Shown: in pieces, positions 1 to 11,993 of the stretch | Numbering within the stretch: the first letter of the stretch is position 1 | How the letters are laid out: each line of letters begins with the position of its first letter | Assembly: GCF_000315625.1 (NCBI RefSeq) | Contig: NW_005434592.1 | Coordinates: 239,225 to 303,224, forward strand | Source: Guillardia theta CCMP2712 | Taxonomy: Eukaryota > Protista > Cryptophyta | DNA length: 64,000 nt | Direction of reading: 5' to 3' | Notes under the pieces: model-generated | Databases searched by the model: none | Seen by the model: the letters and a program-made list of their open reading frames with translations, nothing else | Told to the model about the DNA's origin: nothing | Position numbers and translations under genes: made by a program

Positions 1-746
1 TACCGCAGCATGTCAAGTGCTCCTCCTCTCACTCTGGGTTGGCAGGGTGTGGGAGACGGAGGCAACGAGGTCGGCATGGGCAAGCGCATCAAACTTGTTC
101 GCGCGCATGTTCCGTTAGGGGACAAGATCGCATGCACAGTGAAGGTGAGGGAAAGGGTTCACGTTCGTGCTCAACGTTGTGCTGATGTTGTAACGTCAGG
201 CGGACCACCTGATAGTTGCTGGAGTCTCCAACTGGGGAGGGTGGGCCCTTGCTCTTGCCCTCATGATCAGTCAGGTAGATTACCTTCCTGCCTCCCTCCT
301 ATCCCACCATAGTAACGAAACAACTCTCCTCCATCTCTCGCGCTCCCCCGACTCCCTCTCCTCCCGTCTCCCTCTCCCTCCCCCTCCCCCTTCTTTCCTG
401 CTCCTCGTTCCCCTCCCCGTTGCCTTTCCCAGTTGCCTTCCCTGTCCTCGCCACTCCTTCCCTCCTCCCGGCGTTTCCCCTGCTGATTTTCTTCCAGCAA
501 TCTCACACGGACCCTCACGTTCTCAGCCTCGACGGCGAGAAGCGCATCCTGCAGGCGATGATCGCAGCTGGAGCTCGTGACGGGTGCGCCTGGTCCCTCC
601 TGGTGCGAGCTCACTCCTTGTGCAGAGTCACGTCGAGCGACCAGCTCTCGGTGGACGGAATGCCGTGGGAGACGCATGAGGAACTCCTCAAGACGATGCT
701 GAGCATAGCTAGCGATGAGGAAGAGATGAAGGATAGAGGAGGTTGA
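1..746 (+). CDS. D-glutamate cyclase-like (DUF4392) protein, 3' part; 5' end lies outside the window; multi-exon
   Basis: Spliced exons give GVGDGGNEVGMG...HVPLGDKIACTVK|ADHLIVAGVSNWGG...EKRILQAMIAAGARDG|VTSSDQLSVDGMPWETH. The GxGDGGNExGMG, GVSNWG and SVDG motifs are those of DUF4392/DGLUCY. Stop TGA at 744-746; in-frame 42-nt intron at 584-625. Confidence 0.8.
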
Positions 747-813
747 GAGCAGCAGGCAAGTTCGGGGAGGTATACAAGTGTACAGAAGAGAGAGGAATAT
801 ACAGGGACGGAGA

Positions 814-3800
814 TCAACAAGCGACTGAGCTGCTCGTTGAGTTTGTGCTTGCTTGTCGGCCCGTCTGACGAAGGTACGGGTCCTGCCATGTCATCATCAG
901 CCAGCTGGGGTCGAAGTGGAGGGGGCAGACCTGGAAGATGGTGAGGACGTTGGGTCTATCCTGCTGCTTGTACGAGAGGCACTTGCGGATGAATTCCTTG
1001 GCCTTGTCCGACACCTTGGGCACGTCTTTGCCCTCAGGGAAGGAAACGCTTGTCGACTTGGTGATGGTCTGCCATGCTCGAATCAGGCCGGCCTGTCGCA
1101 CCCAGCAAGACTTCACCTGGTCGCGCAGCATGTGATCCTGGGACATTCCATGCCCGAAGGGTTTTGTCCCGTAGAGCATCTGGTAGAAGATGACTCCAGC
1201 CGACCACACGTCAACCTTTGACGAGATCTTGGGGGGAGACGTTCCAACCTGCTCGCACATGTTTAAGATTGAGCGGCACGGCAGGGAGATGGCGGAGACC
1301 TCGAAGCATTCGGGAGGGAGATACCAGTAAGTTCCAGCTCCTTGAGAGGTCAGCTCGATCTCGTTGGAGTTTTCCGAGTGCTCTTCCATGACTTTGGATA
1401 GCCCGAAGTCAGAGATTTTCACCTCTCCTTTGTGAAAGAGGATGTTTCCAGGCTTTAGATCAAAATGAATGACCTGTGAGATAGTTCAACAGCGAGTTTG
1501 GCGGGAGAAACTCAAGAGGAGAGAGACTGGAAGGAGGAGATAGAGGACTTGGCATAGGGTGAAACAAAGCAAGGTATACGGAGAGGGACGCGAGGAAGAC
1601 AAGAAGGAGTGGAGAAGAGGCGCAACCTTCTGTTTCTGCTCATTGAGATATTTCAGTCCTGCAAACACTTGCATGATGATGGAACGAGCCTCGCGCTCTG
1701 AAATTGTCTTTCTCTCCTTGAGCACCTGATCAAGTACTCGTCACAAGCAGATGCAACGCTCTACAGACAGACCTGCTCTAGATCGCCTTCGTCACAATGC
1801 TCAAGCACGGTGCAGAACCCATTGGTAGAGACTTCAAAGACATCTATCAATCGAACTATCCTTGGATGGCACAACTTTTTCTGAATCTCGTATTCTCTTG
1901 TAGCGTGCTTCATGTAATTCGTTCGCTTCTCTTCCTTCCATTGAGGATTCAATTCGTGGATTTTACATGCGACATCCCTCATTTCAACCAAATCGAAGGC
2001 CTTGTAAACTTCAGAGAAGCCACCTTTACCTGAAGATTGTGTCACTATCTCAATCACAACAGGCATAGATGTATCATGCCTAAAAGTTGTAGGAGCAAAT
2101 ATCGATTGTTGAGTAGAGGGAAATCGTTATAACGAGATCTTTGCCTATGAAAGAGTTATCATTGAGAGGGAGAAAGAAAGAAGATCTAGACTCACTGATC
2201 TTGAAATCTTTTGATTTCCCGAATGAGTGTGTTTTTCTCCCTGTCTAACTTGTCCTTTTCCTCCGAGAACATTTTTTCCTTGTCTTTGATCTTCTGGGCT
2301 CTCAATCTGAAAATCTCTTCTTGTTCTTGTTGCTCATCTGAAGGGACTGGGGGTGGATTCATTTGTCCAGCTGATTGATTTATAACTACAGAGCTTCGAC
2401 ATCGCTTCTGAAACGCTTTCTTGTCCTTTTCCAAACATTCTTTTTCGTGGTTCAGAGCCTCGATATTGCGCTGAAGCTCTTCCCATCTGTGAGATAGAAG
2501 TTCAGGTTCACTCTAGAAAAAAGGACGGACGGATCTTACGCGCTGCCGTACTCCCAATACTCTTGTACTGTCATGCCACTCCGCATGTACGAAACTCGTC
2601 CCACTCTCATCTGCTGTCAAGTCAAAGAAAGTCATACTATATGAACCACCAACAGTGTCAGTCGCCAGTCTTGACCCTGTCAGAGCACGCTCTTCACGTG
2701 CTGCTTTGATCAAAAGTCCTTTCATTACTTCTCGAACCTGAAGAGGCTGAATGAATTTGAAAAATATCATCAAAGCTGGATTTACCCGTTGGTCATGCTG
2801 CCTTCTCAGGGCTGCAGCATCTGCTATATCTTGTCTCGCTTGCGCAGCTGCTCTTTCTCTTGCTTCAGCCTCCAGCTGCGACACCATATCGATCAATGAA
2901 TTTCAAATTGAATCCTATTTCACAAACCTCAGAAATGGCTGCTTTGCGTTTTTCTAGCTCTTGTTCTCTTTCTTTTAGCTCTCTAAACCTGCTCTCCATA
3001 GCTGACTCCCGTCTCTTGAGATCTCTTTCAAGATTCATCAGTTCCTTTTCTCTGCTAAGGATGTTGTCGGGAGCAATATTTGATTTGATGTCTGACACTG
3101 AATTGCCACCATCACGGCTATGGTCGGAGTGATTGCAGATCGATAGACCTGGAATGTCAACATCAAACAAGGAACCACCACCAAGCAGAGTTACCATTGT
3201 CCGACTTTGGTGCGAAAAAATGAGTGATGGTGCGAGAATTCTTCTCGAAACGATCTTCAGGAGATCTTGGTTCGTGATTATGCGACCTGTGTCGTTTGAG
3301 GTGGCCGTCCCTTCCATGACGGCCAGGCGTCGATCCTCTTCTCGATCCCCTCACATCATCTTGCCTTCGTTTTTGGCGACGATCGCAATCTGACGTGGTT
3401 CGACCTGTTTCCGATCCTCTGCTTGCTCCATCGTCGATTTCTGAATTCGGATACTTGTCGCTAGGAAAGATGTTTCTCTTGAATAGCTCTTTAGATGCAC
3501 AGCTATCGCCGGATGCTTCTGAAGACTCTCTGGTATCTTCAAGTTCCTCAGCACTGAAGTGCTCACTATGAGCCGTGTTCTCATCGAGTGAAGGAGCTAA
3601 ATTCAAGTTTCTCTCCGACTTCGTCTCACTAGTGGGATTCTTCTTTTCTTCCATGTTCTCATAGTTATCCGATTTCGCTGACTTCACGTTAATTGGCGAA
3701 AGAACAGATGCCCGGTTGGGATCGGGTGACGTCGGAGCACCCGGGACATAAGTGAAGGATCCTGCTGGGCCAGATATTCCATCTTTGCTTCCATCATTTC

Positions 3801-3938
3801 CAAATCCAACAACCTAGATGAGAAGGCATCAAAGAAGTTCTTGGATCTCTGCAGGAGGAGGACGAGGACGAGGAGGACGAGGACGAGGACGAGGAGAAGG
3901 AGGACGAGGACGAGGAGAAGGAGGAGGAGGAGGACGAG

Positions 3939-3974
<36 letters not shown>

Positions 3975-4303
3975 GAGGTGAACTAGACTCACAGTTTCTA
4001 CCACGTTCGATGCGCCTGAGCTCGTTAGCCTTGCTTCCAGCACTTTCCTCTTATCTTCCGGCACAACCGAAAGCACATCTGGCAAGAAGTAGAATTACAA
4101 ACAAGGAGAGTGCATGAATCATGTATACCTGTTGTTGGAGCATTGCAAGACGATGTGCATGATTGATTGCTTTGGTCAAGAGTCAAGGTGAACTTGGGGA
4201 AAGAAACGAATCCATTCGGCCCATTACTCTCAGTTTCAGTTCTCGACCTCGAGTCGCCCTTGGAGACCGTAGCGGGTGTAAGCGGCTGTCTTTGATCGTT
4301 CAT
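814..4303 (-). CDS. TLK: Tousled-like Ser/Thr kinase, about 13 exons
   Basis: N-terminal [12 protein letters not shown] matches the TLK 'RQELLEARF' motif, followed by coiled coil. Kinase domain: [11 protein letters not shown]|[12 protein letters not shown]...[87 protein letters not shown]. The start at 4303 (MNDQRQP) is tentative. Confidence 0.93.
3853..3977. repeat. (GAGGAC)n/(GAG)n low-complexity repeat inside a TLK intron
   Basis: Direct inspection. It lies in the intron from the GTGAGT donor after ...VVET to the TCTAG acceptor before VVGFGNDG. Confidence 0.85.
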
Positions 4304-4749
4304 AACTTCATGAGTTTGCTGCAACCTGGCATCTGGACTTAGCCGATCAAGAAAATCAAACAGTAAGAATGAAATTTGAAGCCATGGGTGGACGAATGGA
4401 AACAAACAAGGAGAATGACGGGCAGCAAGCAGCATGCAGGTGTTCAGAATTTAGTAAGACCATGTTGCTACAACAAGATGCAAATGGGAAAGATGAGCAC
4501 AAGACAGCCATCCAAAGGATCGACTGTAATCCCATCCTGCAAACAGCGCATTCGGCAATCGCGGTTCGAACATGCTCTTCCTTGCAGACAAGTTACATAT
4601 GAAGAAGAAGACGATGATGGCACTGAAGATCAGAGCTCTGAGAAGGGGGAGAGGAGGGAGGAGAGGAGGAGGACGGAGCCAATGAAAGGTAAGAATGCCG
4701 CTCTTGTTGGCACGGGCTTGGCGGGAAGGACAGAATCGAAGATTAGGAA

Positions 4750-4950
4750 TTCGGGGGTAGGGTAGGATAACGTAGGGTAGGGGTGGGGATGAGATCTCAC
4801 CGGTATGTGAAAGTCACTAAAGGGGTATGGTGTATTTTCTAGATCGTGGAATGCTAAGTGAAGGGGTGGGGTACCCATGTAAGTCTTCAGGGAGAAGGAA
4901 GCAGAAAGGTTGCTGGGGGTGGGTGATGTACATTGAGGGTGAGGGGTTGC
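4750..4950. promoter_or_regulatory. GGGGTA/GGGGTG-rich intergenic tract between divergent TLK and PX genes
   Basis: ggggtagggtagg...gtagggtaggggtgggg, ggggtatgg, ggggtggggtaccc. Function inferred from position only. Confidence 0.45.
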
Positions 4951-5182
4951 CAACAAAGGAAATTGAAACTTCTTATAGGCTAAAGTTTCATGTTTGGAGC
5001 AACTCAAAGTTCAAAACTTTCAAACTTCAGCGATCCATGCCCGCCTCGGATTCATAGGATATGGACATGCATGGGCTGGCGGCGAAGATCAAGGGGTCAG
5101 AGAATGTCGGGAGAAGTCACACAGTCTATGAAGGTGAGGAAAACAAGAACAAGATAGATCGTCGCCATCGCTATCACCAAGA

Positions 5183-5238
5183 TGATGATGAGGAGGAGGA
5201 GGAGGAGGAGGAGGAGGAGGAGGAGGAGGAGGAGGAGT
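5183..5238. repeat. (GAT)n(GAG)n microsatellite
   Basis: Direct inspection. Confidence 0.9.
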
Positions 5239-5399
5239 ATTAGGAGGAGTATCAGGAGGCGGAAGACGAGGAGTATCATGCATATAATCAAGGGCGAAAG
5301 GAAAGTTGGAGTCATCAGGAGATCAAGGTTGATCGGATCAGTCAGAGCTTAAGAGGAGTTGGCGAGAGAAACCAATGTTAGAGGGGAACAAGGTGGCAG

Positions 5400-6620
5400 C
5401 GAGATGGGAGGGTCGAGGAACAGATATTCAAATACAGATGAACTGCACCGATATGATACAACTTCAGAATACCCGTACTTAAACAACATGCAGAGATGAT
5501 AAGGGACTGCTGTGATTCAGATTTCATAGGGCTGTACAGTGATAGAAGATGTAGATGTAGAACAGAAGTGAAACTGTCAGATTCAGGTGTTCGAAGGGAG
5601 GAGAGAGGTTTTGTGCCGTCTCTGCGAGCTAAGCCCATGGCAGTCTCATGCTCCGCTGGAGTCGTTCGTTGGGAAGTGCGCAAACGTGGGTCTATGTCGA
5701 TTCTTCTTCTCATTCAATGATGAATTGATCAATTTCACAACCTGCAGGATTTTCAGATTTCGTAAAGCTTCATCTTGCGCTGAAGAACAAGCAGACGGTA
5801 TTGCATGAAGTAGACAAGGCAACTATGCGTTAGATGACATGCGCCAGGTGACAGCTAATCTGCCACCGAAACAACTGTTCGGCAAACTCTCTGGAGCGGT
5901 GAGCAGTGAGTGAGGTGGTCTCGAGATGAAAGAGCCGCAGGTTATTAAGCGGAGGCAGGAGGGACTAGACAAGTACCTGGAGGTGCTCCTGAAGGAAGTA
6001 GAACCAGCTCAAGTTTGCCTCTCCCTTGGACAGGGAGCAGCTATACTGACTTGGGTCCAGTTGAACATGATCTACTCCTTCCTGCAAGTGCCTCAAACCT
6101 TGTTGAGCTCGATGCAAGGAAACATCTCCTCTGCAACGGGCGGCGATGTGGACAGCACAGGCCATAGCTCCAAGACAGAATCGGTCGCCCCGTCTCAGAT
6201 AAAAGAGATGTCCTCTGACGCGTCCTTGTACAGCTTCCTGTTCCTATGGCCTCAAACTCCGACGATGCCGCGAATCGTGAAATCGTAGATCAGGTTGGAG
6301 ATGCTGGTTTTCTGGAAAGGGAGGGTTCAGGGGTTTGAGTATCTTCTTTGCAGATCTCGGACTTGATGATCGACGTGTTTCAGGTAAGACAATGGTAGGT
6401 GTTTTGAAGAAGCACAAGAGTTAGATAGCGGCAGATGCCTCTGCCTGCAAAGGGAATGGATTACGAGATGAGATGCAAGAAATACAGGTTTGCAAGCCTT
6501 GCCTGTGATGACAATCTGGTCAATGATCGAATGATTCTAACAGGACGATGGTAGAGAAAGTTCCCTGGCCTCTAGAGCACGGAGAGGATCTTTCGCGTTA
6601 TCTTCTCCGTAAGATCGTCT
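5400..6620 (+). CDS. PX (phox homology) domain protein, multi-exon; ends approximate
   Basis: Spliced exons: WEVRKR|FSDFVKLHLALKNKQT|VTANLPPKQLFGKLSGA|VIKRRQEGLDKYLEVLLKEVEPAQ|LNMIYSFLQV. This fits the PX consensus (R-Y/F-S-D-F, LPPK, RR..L..YL, FL). Confidence 0.75.
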
Positions 6621-7180
6621 TATCATCGATTTCCTTCTGATGTGTTGGTGGGTCAGGTGCAATCGACCCCTCAAACTTGCCTGCCCCAACGATGAATGTA
6701 TGATGCTCCCTTGTTCATCTTTGTGTGATTGATTTTGTTTTATGCCAGAACGTGAAATCGAAAGAAGAATCGATGAGATTGTTGAGGGAAGCCACGTCCG
6801 AATCAAGCATTTTTTTTATGAACTGAAAAGATTATCAAAACTATGTAAATCAGATCAAAAATGGTACTTGATTTTCTTTGATGATGATATGATAGAGTGC
6901 TTGAGCGGTCGAAAATCCGGTATGTAAATAAGCAAAGGAAGGCTTTCAAATGCTCTCATCCAGTCGAATCAAGTTCAAGAAAGGGTGCACTAAGGGGTGG
7001 GAAGGAAAGGGTTCGTTTGGCTTTTGATTTTATAGTAAAACAACTCGATTTATAATACAGCTACAGAAGCATGAAATACATGGCAAAGATAAGCTCGGAT
7101 TTGAGATGAATCAAGAGCAGAAGCTCGCCAGCCACCACAACATACACAAACAAACACACACACACACACACTTTTGTCCC

Positions 7181-8635
7181 TCAATTCACGACAATGACTT
7201 CATCCTCTTCCTCACGCATGGAAGTCAAACTGGAGATGACAGCAAAGTCGACAGAATCTCCAATAAACACGCAAGCTTTCATCATGCCTTCGTCGCAAAC
7301 AACACACGATAAGGTATCCTTGTTCAGGTTCCTCAAGTAAGCCTCGTGCATCTGATCACATTCATAGCTCGAACTGGAGTACTTTGAGTTTGTGTTGAGC
7401 CCGACAAAGGCAGCAATACTGCTCTCTGCTGCGCTTGCCATGAAACTGCCTCCCGCTTTCTCTCTGCGGCTGTTTGTCTTGTTGCCTATGAGAGTCATTG
7501 CTGTCTGCGATGGCGAGGAGATGGAAGACAACGATAACGATGATGATGATGATGACGACGACGACGACGACGACGACGACGAGCGAGAGCACGAGGAGAG
7601 GCAGGAGCAGGCTGGTAGATCTGAGTACAAGGCAATGTCGTATGGCAAGCCAACAACAAGATGCGACTGAATGACCCGCTGGCTCTTGATCGCCTCCACT
7701 AACGACGGGTTCACAAGGTGCGAGAGGGCATTGTCGGCGCTCGGGAGAACTCTGGTGGAGACGATGGTGAGTTTGTCCAAGAGCTTCATGGTGTGTTCGT
7801 CCAAAAGCTTGTATTCTGTCATCTCACACACAACATGAAAATTGATTGTCATTGTCACCCTCCTGACCTCGAGGAATCCCTTCAGGTACACAAAGTCTGC
7901 AATCCATTCACCATTGTGCAGTCGGAGGGTTTTGGATTGGTTGGTGCAACCAAGTGCAACGATCTTTCTGCAACCAAACGCCAGTGTGGTCTCAATCTCT
8001 GTGCTGTCAGCCAAAATCTCGCTCGCAAACGCCATGATGTATTCGCCAAGCTCACCATACCTTGACAGTGAGTGGGAACCCTCCTCAGTCCAGAGCAGAT
8101 GCGAAATGCAGCCTCTTCCTCTGAAGCGTGTGCTGCATGTGACTTGAAAGTTTTCGACGTCGCCGTCGTGTACAATGCAGATGCCATACTTTCCCACATC
8201 GTCGTTTGATTTCAGATTCTCGACGTGAGGAGTCTTGTCCCGTGGGAGGACCTCAGTGTACATCCTTCTGATCATCCTCTCGGTCAGCCCAGATGCTTCT
8301 CTGGTCTTCCTCGAGCTAAGGTTCTTGTCTTGATGCTCCATGTTGTGATCGTACTCAAGTTTCCTCCACGTCTCCCTGATCTCTTCTTCTTCCAACTTGC
8401 TGAGCTTCCTGCTCTCTGCTGGGGCAACAGCATGATGAAAAGCTTGCCTACGTTCAAGGTGCTTCTCGGCATTGTTCTGATGATAGATCCGACCTCCGTG
8501 CTGCATGCTCTTCGGCATCTCTCTCCAGCTCTCCCCGCCTTCCCCGCTCTCTTGTGATAGTCCAGCCATGAACTCAAGGTTTCCCACAAACCTGGGGAAT
8601 CCGTTTGTACCTCCAAGATTATACACTAAAATCAT
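7181..8635 (-). CDS. Intronless hypothetical protein (462-484 aa) with poly-Ser tract
   Basis: Uninterrupted 484-codon ORF; alternative ATG at 8569 (MAGLSQ). No recognisable family motif. Confidence 0.6.
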   Translation of the reverse strand: MILVYNLGGTNGFPRFVGNLEFMAGLSQESGEGGESWREMPKSMQHGGRIYHQNNAEKHLERRQAFHHAVAPAESRKLSKLEEEEIRETWRKLEYDHNMEHQDKNLSSRKTREASGLTERMIRRMYTEVLPRDKTPHVENLKSNDDVGKYGICIVHDGDVENFQVTCSTRFRGRGCISHLLWTEEGSHSLSRYGELGEYIMAFASEILADSTEIETTLAFGCRKIVALGCTNQSKTLRLHNGEWIADFVYLKGFLEVRRVTMTINFHVVCEMTEYKLLDEHTMKLLDKLTIVSTRVLPSADNALSHLVNPSLVEAIKSQRVIQSHLVVGLPYDIALYSDLPACSCLSSCSRSSSSSSSSSSSSSSSLSLSSISSPSQTAMTLIGNKTNSRREKAGGSFMASAAESSIAAFVGLNTNSKYSSSSYECDQMHEAYLRNLNKDTLSCVVCDEGMMKACVFIGDSVDFAVISSLTSMREEEDEVIVVN

Positions 8636-8754
8636 AATGATTATTGCAAATATATATAATTACTACACAAAAACATATAATTCTTCAATATCTTGGGGAA
8701 TTGTTGTATAATGAGATGCAGCTAGGAACAGTTACAATTGTAACGGTGAATTAT

Positions 8755-9040
8755 TCCACCACCCCTACCCCTGGATTCATGCCACAAACCTCTACACTAA
8801 ATGGGACCCAATACCACCCCATAATGCTATGGCTAAATGACCCGTACTCTACTTTACCTTGTTCTTTACCCCCTCTTTGTTAACAAAAAGTACCCTGGTC
8901 ACCCGATCTGTACTCTACCACCCCACCACCTATTTTAATGGGCCATAGCAGTACCCCTACCCCCATCTAAGCAACCCCCTTTTTCATTGTGTTGCGTGAC
9001 CCCCACCCTGATCAGGAAGACTAAGATGTACCCCTACTTC
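8755..9040. promoter_or_regulatory. CTACCCC/GTACCC-rich tract between divergent genes
   Basis: acccctacccc, ataccacccc, ttaccccc, gtaccct, gtacccctaccccc, gtacccctac. Confidence 0.45.
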
Positions 9041-11819
9041 CCTGACAGGAGAAGCGCTATGCAAGGCGGGGTGCAGGGAGGAGGAATGATGGCGGGAGGG
9101 GAGGGAAGAGAGGAGGAGAGGAGAGGAGAAGGCGATGGAATCTTGGCAGTGAAAGGACGAGATGATCCGCTGATCCAAGGAAACGCTGCTGCCGATCCCC
9201 TGAACACCTCTTTGCACTCGCGTGAAGTCAGCGATCCCCTGGTTGCTCCAGGACTCCTCCCCGCAGACCCGATTGTGCAGAGTGGAGACGATTCATTCAC
9301 AGCTCATGAAAGTGATGGCGACACAGCTCGTATCCTGGTCCAAGGTGATGAGCACCTCAAGCTCGGTCACTTGAGCATGCAGGGGTCGAACACCATGGCG
9401 ACGGACGGGTCTCCGAGCAACTCAACCGAAGAGCTGGAGGCGGAGTTGTTCGATGAAGTGTTCACGGTAGATGATGTTATAGAGACAATTGGTGGCTTCG
9501 GACGGTACCAGCAATGGTTGTTTGCTATCCTTGGATTCACCTTCTTCGTAAACGGAGCGCTGAATTTACAGCAGATCGTGGTAGAGAGAGCAGCAGAGAT
9601 AAGGTGTTTCCCTACAGCACCCAACTGTACAGTATGTGATCCAGTCGGTGGAGAATTTATAGGAGACTTTGCAGACTACGGGTCTGTTTCCGCGTCTTTC
9701 AGTCTGGTTTGTGGTCGCGAAGTGCTGCGAGGTTCGCTGGGCTCGGTGTTCTTCTCAGGGTTTGGGTTCGGGTCATTCTTCGGGGGGATTCTTTCGGACA
9801 AGATTGGTAGGAGGAAGGGAATCTTCGTGGTGAACGGCCTGCAGCTTGTCGGGTCCGGGGGATTCATCGCCTCAAACTACTATCTCTATGCCTTGTTCCG
9901 GCTGATTGCCGGAGCTGGGTGTGGGGCTGGGATAGTTGTGAACTTCGTGTTGATGATGGAGTTTGTTGGGAACAAGCATCGAGGATGGATGGGAGGATTT
10001 GGGATGAATGGACTATGGTCGTTTGGCGGCCTTGTGGTTGGTCTGCTCGCATCGTTCATACATCAGGTAAACAAGTACTCTGGCTCTGACATAAGCGAGC
10101 TACGTGACAATGAGCGAATTCAACAGATTTATCTTCACAATGATTCTCTTTCTCTGGCGGAATGGCGCGCCGTCTCTTCGATTTCTTTCATTCTCGTCGT
10201 GATACAAATCGTCGTGACTGTCTACCTGCCAGAATCACCGTAAGTGCATCTCATATTTGCTCACCCCCGTGTGTGATTTCGTTCAAGGCGCTGGCTGCTG
10301 ATGATGGGGAGGGCTGACGAAGCCTACAATGTGCTGCACAAGGCCGCACAAACAAACAAGAGGAGCTTGCCGCGAGGAAGGTGACTGCACCAGCACTTGT
10401 CTGCTGTCAAGAGCCTCTGGTGACGTTGAGTCGAAGGCTCAAGGGGATGAACGAGATCAAGGGGATCCCTTCTGAACTCGAACTGGAGGATCCTGGGGAG
10501 TTTCAGGTTGGTGAGGAGGAGAACGACGACGGGCAGATGTTGAAGAAGGTTCATCCTCACAAGCAAGAAGGAGGGTTTGGACTGCTCTTCTCGAGAAACG
10601 AAATTCTGTCTGTTCCCATCTGGCAGATAACTTTGATCATGCTTCTGTGCTGGTTTACAGCCAGCTTCACTTACTACGGTCTTGCTCTCAACACCGGGAG
10701 CCTTGCTGGAGATTTTTATTTGAACATGTACAGCATGAGACTTCATCTCTGTCTAGTAACGCAGTAGCAGGTGTGTAAATATGGCGGTGGATATCCCAGC
10801 TCTTGCTCTGTCGATCGTGATGTTTGATAGGTAGCCATGTTGTTCCCGTGCTGTTGTTGTTGCTGAGGCCTCAACGCAGGATAGGACGATCTCGCTCTCT
10901 GGCCATTACGCTGCTAATCGGAGGCTTCTCATGCGTGCTGTGCAACGCTGTGCCCGAAGACAACAACTGTGCCGCCGGAGAGTGCAACGACGTGTACATC
11001 AAGTCGATCTTGGCGTTCTGTGGGAAGTTCATGGTGGGAGATAAGACTTGCGGCGGCGAGGCAGGAGATAGCTGAACTCTTTCCCAGCTGTGCATCACCT
11101 TCTCAGCTGTCTTTGTCTATGCATCAGAAGTGTTTCCTACCAGTGTGCGAACTCAGGTGCCTTGTGCTTGTTCTGAATATCCCTCTCCTCCTCCCTCTCC
11201 TTCTCCCCTCCCCTCCTCCCGCTCCCCTCCCCTCCCCTCCCCTCGTCCTCCTCCCTCCGCCTCCCCTTCCTCTCACCCACCTACTCCTCCCTATCCCCAT
11301 CGTCTTCTTTGCCTCTGCCTCCTCTACCTTGACGAGTCGCCAGGCCATGGGCATCAGCTCCCTCAGCGCGCGGGTTGGCGGCATTTCCGCTCCCCTCGTA
11401 GTCTTGTTGAGCACAGTAACGACTGACATGCGACAACTGCAAGTCGCTGAAATGCTCGCAGGCATCACCGAGCCTTCCCATGTGGATCTTTGGGATCATC
11501 TCCATCGTAGCGGTGGGATACTCGTGGCCTTGTACTGATCTGAAGCCTACCTTACTGTCTTTCCTGCCCCTACCTCAATCTCCTCTTCTCCTCTTCTCCT
11601 CTTCTTCTCTTCTCCTCTTCTCCTCAGTTTCTCCCTGTCTCGACGTCCTACACTACTCCTCTCCTTCGGTCCCTCCATGCTTGTTTCCCTCGGTTCTCTG
11701 CATCACACTATTTTCTCCTCACCTCCCGTCTTCTTCCTCTCTCATGTTCGTGGTATCAGGGATTGTTCAGTTTTCGCCTCCCCGAAACAAACAATCGCGA
11801 CCTGGCAGACGACATTTGA
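9026..11819 (+). CDS. MFS transporter, SLC22/organic cation transporter-like, multi-exon
   Basis: DDVIETIGGFGRYQ, F.LVC, GILSDKIGRR (motif A), LMMEFVG...RG, LPESP|RWL, FTYYGLALN, RIGRSR, VYASEVFPTSVR, ARVGGI.AP, terminal LPETNNRDLADDI* (TGA 11817-11819). Confidence 0.9.
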
Positions 11820-11993
11820 GAAACAGACAGGAGAGAAGAATGAAAGCGAGTGCGATGGAAGTGAGATCGGAGAAGGACGAAACAGCAAACAAGCGGTGTA
11901 CGTGAAAGAATTCCCTCAGACTGATTTCAAACAGTTTGTTTCATTAGTCAGTAAAGTGTATAAGTTATTCTACTCGCTTGCTCTGGTCCTTCT

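Noticed and set aside
3684-4085. Poly-Leu/Val 'transmembrane' segment in TLK
   Set aside because: It is the translation of an intronic (CTCGTC)n repeat that is removed by splicing.
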